Shown here: piece after piece, positions 14,801 to 27,833 of the stretch
Numbering within the stretch: the stretch's first letter is position 1
How the letters are laid out: each line of letters opens with the position of its first letter
Assembly (NCBI GenBank): GCA_964016885.1
Contig: OZ024744.1
Location: forward strand, 23,560,001-23,624,000
Source: Eledone cirrhosa
Lineage: Eukaryota
Direction: 5' to 3'
DNA length: 64,000 bases
Translations under genes and position numbers: made by a program
Notes under the pieces: generated by a model
What the model was told of the DNA's origin: nothing
The model's input: the letters and a program-made list of their open reading frames with translations, nothing else
Database searches by the model: none

Positions 14801-17045
14801 AGAACTGACTCATTTTAACAACAGTTGAATCTTAAGATAAAACTCGTTTTAACAACAGTTGAATCTTAAGAACTGACTCGTTTTAACAACAGTTGAACCT
14901 TAAGAACTGACTCGTTTTAACAACAGTTGAATCTTAAGATAAAACTCGTTTTAACAACAGTTGAATCTTAAGAACTGACTCATTTTAACAACAGTTGAAT
15001 CTTAAGAACTGATTCGTTTTAACAACAGTTGAATCTTAAGATAAAACTCGTTTTAACAACAGTTGAATCTTAAGAACTGACTCGTTTTAATAACAGCTGA
15101 ATCTTAAGATAAAACTCGTTTTACAACAGTTGAATCTTAAGAACTGACTCGTTTTATCAACAGTTCAACCTTAAGAACTGACTCATCTTAACAACAGTTG
15201 AATCTTCAAATAAAACTCGTTTTAACAACAGTTGAATCTTAAGAACTGATTCGTTTTAACAACAGCTGAATCGTAAGATAAAACTCGTTTTAACAACAGT
15301 TGAATCTTAAGATAAAATTCGTTTTAACAACAGTTGAATCTTAAGAACTGACTCGTTTTAACAACAGCTGAATCTTAAGATAAAACTCGTTTTATCAACA
15401 GTTCAACCTTAAGAACTGACTCGTTTTAACAACAGTTGAATCCTCAAATATAACTCGTTTTAACAACAGTTGAATCTTAAGAACTGACTCGTTTTAACAA
15501 TAGTTGAATCTTAAGATAAAACTCGTTTTAACAACAGTTGAATCTTAAGAACTGACTCATTTTAACAACAGTTCAACCTTAAGAACTGACTCGTTTTAAC
15601 AACAGTTGAATCTTTAAATAAAACTCGTTTTAACTACAGTTGAATCTTAAGAACTGACTCGTTTTATCAACAGTTGCATCTTAAGATAAAACTCGTTTTA
15701 ACAACAGTTGAATCTTAAGAACTGACTCATTTTAACAACAGTTGAATCTTAAGAACTGATTCGTTTTAACAACAGTTGAATCTTCAGATAAAACTCGTTT
15801 TAACTACAGTTGAATCTTAAGAACTGACTCGTTTTAACAACAGTTGAATCTTAAGATAGAACTCGTTTTAACAACAGTTGAATCTTAAGAACTGACTCAT
15901 TTTAACAACAGTTGAATCTTAAGAACTGATTCGTTTTAACAACAGTTGAATCTTAAGATAAAACTCGTTTTAACAACAGTTGAATCTTAAGAACAGACTC
16001 GTTTTAACAACAGCTGAATCTTAAGATAAAACTCGTTTTACAACAGTTCAATCTTAAGAACTGACTCGTTTTATCAACAGTTCAACCTTAAGAACTGACT
16101 CATTTTAACAACAGTTGAATCTTCAAATAAAACTCGTTTTAACAACAGTTGATTCTTCAGAACTGACTCGTTTTAACAACAGTTGAATCTTAAGAACTGA
16201 CTCATTTTAACAACAGCTGAATCTTTAGATAAAACTCGTTTTAACAACAGTTGAATCTTAAGAACTGACACGTTTTAACAACAGTTGAATCCTCAAATAA
16301 AACTCGTTTTAACAACAGTTGAATCTTAATAACTGACTCGTTTTAACAACAGTTGAATCTTAAGATAAAACTCGTTTTAACAACAGTTGAATCTTAAGAA
16401 CTGACTCATTTTAACAACAGTTGAATCTTAAGAACTGACTCGTTTTAACAACAGTTGAATCTTAAGATAAAACTCGTTTTAACAACAGTTGAATCTTAAG
16501 AACTGACTCATTTTAACAACAGTTGAATCTTAAGAACTGATTCGTTTTAACAACAGTTGAATCTTAAGATAAAACTCGTTTTAACAACAGTTGAATCTTA
16601 AGAACTGACTCGTTTTAACAACAGCTGAATCTTAAGATAAAACTCGTTTTACAACAGTTGAATCTTAAGAACTGACTCGTTTTATCAACAGTTCAACCTT
16701 AAGAACTGACTCATCCTAACAACAGTTGAATCTTCAAATAAAACTCGTTTTAACAACAGTTGAATCTTAAGAACTGATTCGTTTTAACAACAGCTGAATC
16801 TTAAGATAAAACTCGTTTTAACAACAGTTGAATCTTAAGATAAAATTCGTTTTAACAACAGTTGAATCTTAAGAACTGACTCGTTTTAACAACAGCTGAA
16901 TCTTAAGATAAAACTCTTTTTAACAACAGTTGAATCTTAAGAACTGACTCGTTTTATCAACAGTTCAACCTTAAGCACTGACTCGTTTTAACAACAGTTG
17001 AATCTTCAAATAAAATTCGTTTTAACAACAGTTGATTCTTCAGAA
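6994..17045. repeat. Tandem duplication, 5026-bp unit (148 monomers minus 6 bp): ~6994-12019 and ~12020-17045
   Basis: Markers are offset by 5026: CCTCAAATATA 7088/12114 and 10416/15442, CTCGTTTGAAC 8934/13960, GAATCGTAAG 10242/15268. Confidence 0.88.
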
Positions 17046-19875
17046 CTGACTCGTTTTAACAACAGTTGAATCTTAAGATAAAACTCGTTTTAACAACAGT
17101 TGAATCTTAAGAACTGACTCGTTTTAATAACAGTTGAATCTTAAGATAAAACTCGTTTTAACAACAGTTGAATCTTAAGAACTGACTCGTTTTAACAACA
17201 GCTGAATCTTAAGATAAAACTCTTTTTAACAACAGTTGAATCTTAAGAACTGACTCGTTTTATCAACAGTTCAACATTAAGCACTGACTCGTTTTAACAA
17301 CAGTTGAATCTTCAAATAAAACTCGTTTTAACAACAGTTGATTCTTCAGAACTGACTCGTTTTAACAACAGTTGAATCTTAAGATAAAACTCGTTTTAAC
17401 AACAGTTGAATCTTAAGAACTGACTCATTTTAACAACAGCTGAATCTCTAGATAAAACTCGTTATAACAACAGTTGAATCTTAAGGTAAAATTCGTTTTA
17501 ACAACAGTTCAACCTTAAGCACTGACTCGTTTTAACAACAGTTGAATCTTCAAATAAAACTCGTTTTAACAACAGTTGAATCTTAAGAACTGATTCGTTT
17601 TAACAACAGCTGAATCGTAAGATAAAACTCGTTTTAACAACAGTTGAATCTTAAGATAAAATTCGTTTTAACAACAGTTGAATCTTAAGAACTGACTCGT
17701 TTTAACAACAGCTGAATCTTAAGATAAAACTCGTTTTATCAACAGTTCAACCTTAAGAACTGACTCGTTTTAACAACAGTTGAATCCTCAAATATAACTC
17801 GTTTTAACAACAGTTGAATCTTAAGAACTGACTCGTTTTAACAATAGTTGAATCTTAAGATAAAACTCGTTTTAACAACAGTTGAATCTTAAGAACTGAC
17901 TCATTTTAACAACAGTTCAACCTTAAGAACTGACTCGTTTTAACAACAGTTGAATCTTTAAATAAAACTCGTTTTAACTACAGTTGAATCTTAAGAACTG
18001 ACTCGTTTTATCAACAGTTGCATCTTAAGATAAAACTCGTTTTAACAACAGTTGAATCTTAAGAACTGACTCATTTTAACAACAGTTGAATCTTAAGAAC
18101 TGATTCGTTTTAACAACAGTTGAATCTTCAGATAAAACTCGTTTTAACTACAGTTGAATCTTAAGAACTGACTCGTTTTAACAACAGTTGAATCTTAAGA
18201 TAGAACTCGTTTTAACAACAGTTGAATCTTAAGAACTGACTCATTTTAACAACAGTTGAATCTTAAGAACTGATTCGTTTTAACAACAGTTGAATCTTAA
18301 GATAAAACTCGTTTTAACAACAGTTGAATCTTAAGAACAGACTCGTTTTAACAACAGCTGAATCTTAAGATAAAACTCGTTTTACAACAGTTCAATCTTA
18401 AGAACTGACTCGTTTTATCAACAGTTCAACCTTAAGAACTGACTCATTTTAACAACAGTTGAATCTTCAAATAAAACTCGTTTTAACAACAGTTGATTCT
18501 TCAGAACTGACTCGTTTTAACAACAGTTGAATCTTAAGAACTGACTCATTTTAACAACAGCTGAATCTTTAGATAAAACTCGTTTTAACAACAGTTGAAT
18601 CTTAAGAACTGACACGTTTTAACAACAGTTGAATCCTCAAATAAAACTCGTTTTAACAACAGTTGAATCTTAATAACTGACTCGTTTTAACAACAGTTGA
18701 ATCTTAAGATAAAACTCGTTTTAACAACAGTTGAATCTTAAGAACTGACTCATTTTAACAACAGTTGAATCTTAAGAACTGACTCGTTTTAACAACAGTT
18801 GAATCTTAAGATAAAACTCGTTTTAACAACAGTTGAATCTTAAGAACTGACTCATTTTAACAACAGTTGAATCTTAAGAACTGATTCGTTTTAACAACAG
18901 TTGAATCTTAAGATAAAACTCGTTTTAACAACAGTTGAATCTTAAGAACTGACTCGTTTTAACAACAGCTGAATCTTAAGATAAAACTCGTTTTACAACA
19001 GTTGAATCTTAAGAACTGACTCGTTTTATCAACAGTTCAACCTTAAGAACTGACTCATCCTAACAACAGTTGAATCTTCAAATAAAACTCGTTTTAACAA
19101 CAGTTGAATCTTAAGAACTGATTCGTTTTAACAACAGCTGAATCTTAAGATAAAACTCGTTTTAACAACAGTTGAATCTTAAGATAAAATTCGTTTTAAC
19201 AACAGTTGAATCTTAAGAACTGACTCGTTTTAACAACAGCTGAATCTTAAGATAAAACTCTTTTTAACAACAGTTGAATCTTAAGAACTGACTCGTTTTA
19301 TCAACAGTTCAACCTTAAGCACTGACTCGTTTTAACAACAGTTGAATCTTCAAATAAAATTCGTTTTAACAACAGTTGATTCTTCAGAACTGACTCGTTT
19401 TAACAACAGTTGAATCTTAAGATAAAACTCGTTTTAACAACAGTTGAATCTTAAGAACTGACTCGTTTTAATAACAGTTGAATCTTAAGATAAAACTCGT
19501 TTTAACAACAGTTGAATCTTAAGAACTGACTCGTTTTAACAACAGCTGAATCTTAAGATAAAACTCTTTTTAACAACAGTTGAATCTTAAGAACTGACTC
19601 GTTTTATCAACAGTTCAACATTAAGCACTGACTCGTTTTAACAACAGTTGAATCTTCAAATAAAACTCGTTTTAACAACAGTTGATTCTTCAGAACTGAC
19701 TCGTTTTAACAACAGTTGAATCTTAAGATAAAACTCGTTTTAACAACAGTTGAATCTTAAGAACTGACTCATTTTAACAACAGCTGAATCTCTAGATAAA
19801 ACTCGTTATAACAACAGTTGAATCTTAAGGTAAAATTCGTTTTAACAACAGTTCAACCTTAAGCACTGACTCGTT
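15188..19875. repeat. Tandem duplication, 2344-bp unit (69 monomers minus 2 bp)
   Basis: Markers are offset by 2344: GAATCGTAAG 15268/17612, CCTCAAATATA 15442/17786, GTTATAAC 17461/19805. Confidence 0.87.
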
Positions 19876-22800
19876 TTAACAACAGTTGAATCTTCAAATA
19901 AAACTCGTTTTAACAACAGTTGAATCTTAAGAACTGATTCGTTTTAACAACAGCTGAATCTTAAGATAAAACTCGTTTTAACAACAGTTGAATCTTAAGA
20001 TAAAATTCGTTTTAACAACAGTTGAATCTTAAGAACTGACTCGTTTTAACAACAGCTGAATCTTAAGATAAAACTCTTTTTAACAACAGTTGAATCTTAA
20101 GAACTGACTCGTTTTATCAACAGTTCAACCTTAAGCACTGACTCGTTTTAACAACAGTTGAATCTTCAAATAAAACTCGTTTTAACAACAGTTGAATCTT
20201 AAGAACTGACTCGTTTTAACAACAGCTGAATCTTAAGATAAAACTCGTTTTACAACAGTTGAATCTTAAGAACTGACTCGTTTTATCAACAGTTCAACCT
20301 TAAGAACTGACTCATCCTAACAACAGTTGAATCTTCAAATAAAACTCGTTTTAACAACAGTTGAATCTTAAGAACTGATTCGTTTTAACAACAGCTGAAT
20401 CTTAAGATAAAACTCGTTTTAACAACAGTTGAATCTTAAGATAAAATTCGTTTTAACAACAGTTGAATCTTAAGAACTGACTCGTTTTAACAACAGCTGA
20501 ATCTTAAGATAAAACTCTTTTTAACAACAGTTGAATCTTAAGAACTGACTCGTTTTATCAACAGTTCAAGCTTAAGCACTGACTCGTTTTAACAACAGTT
20601 GAATCTTAAGATAAAACTCGTTTTAACAACAGTTGAATCTTAAGAACTGACTCGTTTTAACAACAGTTGAACCTTAAGAACTGACTCGTTTTAACAACAG
20701 TTGAATCTTAAGATAAAACTCGTTTTAACAACAGTTGAATCTTAAGAACTGACTCATTTTAACAACAGTTGAATCTTAAGAACTGATTCGTTTTAACAAC
20801 AGTTGAATCTTAAGATAAAACTCGTTTTAACAACAGTTGAATCTTAAGAACTGACTCGTTTTAATAACAGCTGAATCTTAAGATAAAACTCGTTTTACAA
20901 CAGTTGAATCTTAAGAACTGACTCGTTTTATCAACAGTTCAACCTTAAGAACTGACTCATCTTAACAACAGTTGAATCTTCAAATAAAACTCGTTTTAAC
21001 AACAGTTGAATCTTAAGAACTGATTCGTTTTAACAACAGCTGAATCGTAAGATAAAACTCGTTTTAACAACAGTTGAATCTTAAGATAAAATTCGTTTTA
21101 ACAACAGTTGAATCTTAAGAACTGACTCGTTTTAACAACAGCTGAATCTTAAGATAAAACTCGTTTTATCAACAGTTCAACCTTAAGAACTGACTCGTTT
21201 TAACAACAGTTGAATCCTCAAATATAACTCGTTTTAACAACAGTTGAATCTTAAGAACTGACTCGTTTTAACAATAGTTGAATCTTAAGATAAAACTCGT
21301 TTTAACAACAGTTGAATCTTAAGAACTGACTCATTTTAACAACAGTTCAACCTTAAGAACTGACTCGTTTTAACAACAGTTGAATCTTTAAATAAAACTC
21401 GTTTTAACTACAGTTGAATCTTAAGAACTGACTCGTTTTATCAACAGTTGCATCTTAAGATAAAACTCGTTTTAACAACAGTTGAATCTTAAGAACTGAC
21501 TCATTTTAACAACAGTTGAATCTTAAGAACTGATTCGTTTTAACAACAGTTGAATCTTCAGATAAAACTCGTTTTAACTACAGTTGAATCTTAAGAACTG
21601 ACTCGTTTTAACAACAGTTGAATCTTAAGATAGAACTCGTTTTAACAACAGTTGAATCTTAAGAACTGACTCATTTTAACAACAGTTGAATCTTAAGAAC
21701 TGATTCGTTTTAACAACAGTTGAATCTTAAGATAAAACTCGTTTTAACAACAGTTGAATCTTAAGAACAGACTCGTTTTAACAACAGCTGAATCTTAAGA
21801 TAAAACTCGTTTTACAACAGTTCAATCTTAAGAACTGACTCGTTTTATCAACAGTTCAACCTTAAGAACTGACTCATTTTAACAACAGTTGAATCTTCAA
21901 ATAAAACTCGTTTTAACAACAGTTGATTCTTCAGAACTGACTCGTTTTAACAACAGTTGAATCTTAAGAACTGACTCATTTTAACAACAGCTGAATCTTT
22001 AGATAAAACTCGTTTTAACAACAGTTGAATCTTAAGAACTGACACGTTTTAACAACAGTTGAATCCTCAAATAAAACTCGTTTTAACAACAGTTGAATCT
22101 TAATAACTGACTCGTTTTAACAACAGTTGAATCTTAAGATAAAACTCGTTTTAACAACAGTTGAATCTTAAGAACTGACTCATTTTAACAACAGTTCAAC
22201 CTTAAGAACTGACTCATCCTAACAACAGTTGAATCTTCAAATAAAACTCGTTTTAACAACAGTTGAATCTTAAGAACTGATTCGTTTTAACAACAGCAGA
22301 ATCTTAAGATAAAACTCGTTTTAACAACAGTTGAATCTTAAGATAAAATTCGTTTTAACAACAGTTGAATCTTAAGAACTGACTCGTTTTAACAACAGCT
22401 GAATCTTAAGATAAAACTCTTTTTAACAACAGTTGAATCTTAAGAACTGACTCGTTTTATCAACAGTTCAACCTTAAGCACTGACTCGTTTTAACAACAG
22501 TTGAATCTTCAAATAAAATTCGTTTTAACAACAGTTGATTCTTCAGAACTGACTCGTTTTAACAACAGTTGAATCTTAAGATAAAACTCGTTTTAACAAC
22601 AGTTGAATCTTAAGAACTGACTCGTTTTAATAACAGTTGAATCTTAAGATAAAACTCGTTTTAACAACAGTTGAATCTTAAGAACTGACTCGTTTTAACA
22701 ACAGCTGAATCTTAAGATAAAACTCTTTTTAACAACAGTTGAATCTTAAGAACTGACTCGTTTTATCAACAGTTCAACATTAAGCACTGACTCGTTTTAA

Positions 22801-23765
22801 CAACAGTTGAATCTTCAAATAAAACTCGTTTTAACAACAGTTGATTCTTCAGAACTGACTCGTTTTAACAACAGTTGAATCTTAAGATAAAACTCGTTTT
22901 AACAACAGTTGAATCTTAAGAACTGACTCATTTTAACAACAGCTGAATCTCTAGATAAAACTCGTTATAACAACAGTTGAATCTTAAGGTAAAATTCGTT
23001 TTAACAACAGTTCAACCTTAAGCACTGACTCGTTTTAACAACAGTTGAATCTTCAAATAAAACTCGTTTTAACAACAGTTGAATCTTAAGAACTGATTCG
23101 TTTTAACAACAGCTGAATCTTAAGATAAAACTCGTTTTAACAACAGTTGAATCTTAAGATAAAATTCGTTTTAACAACAGTTGAATCTTAAGAACTGACT
23201 CGTTTTAACAACAGCTGAATCTTAAGATAAAACTCTTTTTAACAACAGTTGAATCTTAAGAACTGACTCGTTTTATCAACAGTTCAACCTTAAGCACTGA
23301 CTCGTTTTAACAACAGTTGAATCTTCAAATAAAACTCGTTTTAACAACAGTTGAATCTTAAGAACTGACTCGTTTTAACAACAGCTGAATCTTAAGATAA
23401 AACTCGTTTTACAACAGTTGAATCTTAAGAACTGACTCGTTTTATCAACAGTTCAACCTTAAGAACTGACTCATCCTAACAACAGTTGAATCTTCAAATA
23501 AAACTCGTTTTAACAACAGTTGAATCTTAAGAACTGATTCGTTTTAACAACAGCTGAATCTTAAGATAAAACTCGTTTTAACAACAGTTGAATCTTAAGA
23601 TAAAATTCGTTTTAACAACAGTTGAATCTTAAGAACTGACTCGTTTTAACAACAGCTGAATCTTAAGATAAAACTCTTTTTAACAACAGTTGAATCTTAA
23701 GAACTGACTCGTTTTATCAACAGTTCAAGCTTAAGCACTGACTCGTTTTAACAACAGTTGAATCT
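17532..23765. repeat. Duplication with 3430-bp offset, shortened to 3159 by a 271-bp (8-monomer) difference near 22190
   Basis: GAATCGTAAG 17612/21042 and CCTCAAATATA 17786/21216 give 3430. GTTATAAC 19805/22964 and AAGCTT 20568/23727 give 3159. Confidence 0.8.
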
Positions 23766-26362
23766 TCAAATAAAACTCGTTTTAACAACAGTTGATTCTT
23801 CAGAACTGACTCGTTTTAATAACAGTTGAATCTTAAGATAAAACTCGTTTTAACAACAGTTGAATCTTAAGAACTGACTCGTTTTAATAACAGTTGAATC
23901 TTAAGATAAAACTCGTTTTAACAACAGTTGAATCTTAAGAACTGACTCGTTTTAACAACAGCTGAATCTTAAGATAAAACTCTTTTTAACAACAGTTGAA
24001 TCTTAAGAACTGACTCGTTTTATCAACAGTTCAACCTTAAGCACTGACTCGTTTTAACAACAGTTGAATCTTCAAATAAAACTCGTTTTAACAACAGTTG
24101 ATTCTTCAGAACTGACTCGTTTTAACAACAGTTGAATCTTAAGATAAAACTCGTTTTAACAACAGTTGAATCTTAAGAACTGACTCATTTTAACAACAGC
24201 TGAATCTCTAGATAAAACTCGTTATAACAACAGTTGAATCTTAAGGTAAAATTCGTTTTAACAACAGTTGAATCTTAAGAACTGACTCGTTTTAACAACA
24301 GCTGAATCTTAAGATAAAACTCGTTTTAACAACAGTTGAATCTTAAGAACTGACTCGTTTTATCAACAGTTCAACCTTAAGCACTGACTCGTTTTAACAA
24401 CAGTTGAATCTTCAAATAAAACTCGTTTTAACAAGAGTTAAATCTTAAGAACTGACTCATTTTAACAACAGTTGAATCTTAAGATAAAACTCGTTTTAAC
24501 AACAGTTGAATCTTAAGAACTGACTCGTTTTAATAACAGTTGAATCTTAAGATAAAACTCGTTTTAACAACAGTTGAATCTTAAGAACTGACTCGTTTTA
24601 ACAACAGCTGAATCTTAAGATAAAACTCTTTTTAACAACAGTTGAATCTTAAGAACTGACTCGTTTTATCAACAGTTCAACATTAAGGACTGACTCGTTT
24701 TAACAACAGTTGAATCTTCAAATAAAACTCGTTTTAACAACAGTTGATTCTTCAGAACTGACTCGTTTTAACAACAGTTGAATCTTAAGATAAAACTCGT
24801 TTTAACAACAGTTGAATCTTAAGAACTGACTCATTTTAACAACAGCTGAATCTCTAGATAAAACTCGTTATAACAACAGTTGAATCTTAAGGTAAAATTC
24901 GTTTTAACAACAGTTCAACCTTAAGCACTGACTCGTTTTAACAACAGTTGAATCTTCAAATAAAACTCGTTTTAACAACAGTTGAATCTTAAGAACTGAT
25001 TCGTTTTAACAACAGCTGAATCTTAAGATAAAACTCGTTTTAACAACAGTTGAATCTTAAGATAAAATTCGTTTTAACAACAGTTGAATCTTAAGAACTG
25101 ACTCGTTTTAACAACAGCTGAATCTTAAGATAAAACTCTTTTTAACAACAGTTGAATCTTAAGAACTGACTCGTTTTATCAACAGTTCAACCTTAAGCAC
25201 TGACTCGTTTTAACAACAGTTGAATCTTCAAATAAAACTCGTTTTAACAACAGTTGAATCTTAAGAACTGACTCGTTTTAACAACAGCTGAATCTTAAGA
25301 TAAAACTCGTTTTACAACAGTTGAATCTTAAGAACTGACTCGTTTTATCAACAGTTCAACCTTAAGAACTGACTCATCCTAACAACAGTTGAATCTTCAA
25401 ATAAAACTCGTTTTAACAACAGTTGAATCTTAAGAACTGATTCGTTTTAACAACAGCTGAATCTTAAGATAAAACTCGTTTTAACAACAGTTGAATCTTA
25501 AGATAAAATTCGTTTTAACAACAGTTGAATCTTAAGAACTGACTCGTTTTAACAACAGCTGAATCTTAAGATAAAACTCTTTTTAACAACAGTTGAATCT
25601 TAAGAACTGACTCGTTTTATCAACAGTTCAACCTTAAGCACTGACTCGTTTTAACAACAGTTGAATCTTCAAATAAAACTCGTTTTAACAACAGTTGATT
25701 CTTCAGAACTGACTCGTTTTAATAACAGTTGAATCTTAAGATAAAACTCGTTTTAACAACAGTTGAATCTTAAGAACTGACTCGTTTTAATAACAGTTGA
25801 ATCTTAAGATAAAACTCGTTTTAACAACAGTTGAATCTTAAGAACTGACTCGTTTTAACAACAGCTGAATCTTAAGATAAAACTCTTTTTAACAACAGTT
25901 GAATCTTAAGAACTGACTCGTTTTATCAACAGTTCAACCTTAAGCACTGACTCGTTTTAACAACAGTTGAATCTTCAAATAAAACTCGTTTTAACAACAG
26001 TTGATTCTTCAGAACTGACTCGTTTTAACAACAGTTGAATCTTAAGATAAAACTCGTTTTAACAACAGTTGAATCTTAAGAACTGACTCATTTTAACAAC
26101 AGCTGAATCTCTAGATAAAACTCGTTATAACAACAGTTGAATCTTAAGGTAAAATTCGTTTTAACAACAGTTGAATCTTAAGAACTGACTCGTTTTAACA
26201 ACAGCTGAATCTTAAGATAAAACTCGTTTTAACAACAGTTGAATCTTAAGAACTGACTCGTTTTATCAACAGTTCAACCTTAAGCACTGACTCGTTTTAA
26301 CAACAGTTGAATCTTCAAATAAAACTCGTTTTAACAAGAGTTAAATCTTAAGAACTGACTCA
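22557..26362. repeat. Tandem duplication, 1903-bp unit (56 monomers minus 1 bp)
   Basis: GTTATAAC 22964/24867 and 24221/26124. The variant CAAGAGTTAAATC occurs once per copy (~24432/26335). At least two substitutions separate the copies. Confidence 0.87.
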
Positions 26363-27833
26363 TTTTAACAACAGTTGAATCTTAAGATAAAACCCGTTTT
26401 AACAACAGTTGAATCTTAAGAACTGACTCGTTTTAACAACAGTTCAACCTTAAGAACTGACTCGTTTTAACAAGAGTTGAATCTTAAGATGAAACTCGTT
26501 TTAACAACAGTTGAATCTTAAGAACTGACTCATTTTAACAACAGTTGAATCTTAAGAACTGATTCGTTTTAACAACAGTTGACTCTTAAGAACTGATTCG
26601 TTTTAACAACAGCTGAATCTTAAGATAAAACTCGTTTTAACAACAGTTGAATCTTAAGATAAAATTCGTTTTATCAACAGTTCAACCTTAAGAACTGACT
26701 CATTTTAACAACAGTTGAATCCTCAAATATAACTCGTTTTAACAACAGTTGAATCTTAAGAACTGACTCGTTTTAACAATAGTTGAATCTTAAGATAAAA
26801 CTCGTTTTAACAACAGTTGAATCTTAAGAACTGACTCATTTTAACAACAGTTGAATCTTAAGATAAAACTCGTTTTAACAACAGTTGAATCTTAAGAACT
26901 GACTCGTTTTAACAACAGTTCAACCTTAAGAACTGACTCGTTTTAACAACAGTTGAATCTTTAAATAAAACTCGTTTTAACTACAGTTGAATCTTAAGAA
27001 CTGACTCGTTTTATCAACAGTTGCATCTTAAGATAAAACTCGTTTTAACAACAGTTGAATCTTAAGAACTGACTCATTTTAACAACAGTTGAATCTTAAG
27101 AACTGATTCGTTTTAACAACAGTTGGATCTTCAGATAAAACTCGTTTTAACTACAGTTGAATCTTAAGAACTGACTCGTTTTAACAACAGTTGAATCTTA
27201 AGATAGAACTCGTTTTAACAACAGTTGAATCTTAAGAACTGACTCATTTTAACAACAGTTGAATCTTAAGAACTGATTCGTTTTAACAACAGTTGAATCT
27301 TAAGATAAAACTCGTTTTAACAACAGTTGAATCTTAAGAACTGACTCGTTTTAACAACAGCTGAATCTTAAGATAAAACTCGTTTTACAACAGTTCAATC
27401 TTAAGAACTGACTCGTTTTATCAACAGTTCAACCTTAAGAACTGACTCATTTTAACAACAGTTGAATCTTCAAATAAAACTCGTTTTAACAACAGTTGAT
27501 TCTTCAGAACTGACTCGTTTTAACAACAGTTGAATCTTAAGAACTGACTCATTTTAACAACAGCTGAATCTTTAGATAAAACTCGTTTTAACAACAGTTG
27601 AATCTTAAGAACTGACTCGTTTTAACAACAGTTGAATCCTCAAATAAAACTCGTTTTAACAACAGTTGAATCTTAATAACTGACTCGTTTTAACAACAGT
27701 TGAATCTTAAGATAAAACTCGTTTTAACAACAGTTGAATCTTAAGAACTGACTCATTTTAACAACAGTTGAATCTTAAGAACTGACTCGTTTTAACAACA
27801 GTTGAATCTTAAGATAAAACTCGTTTTAACAAC

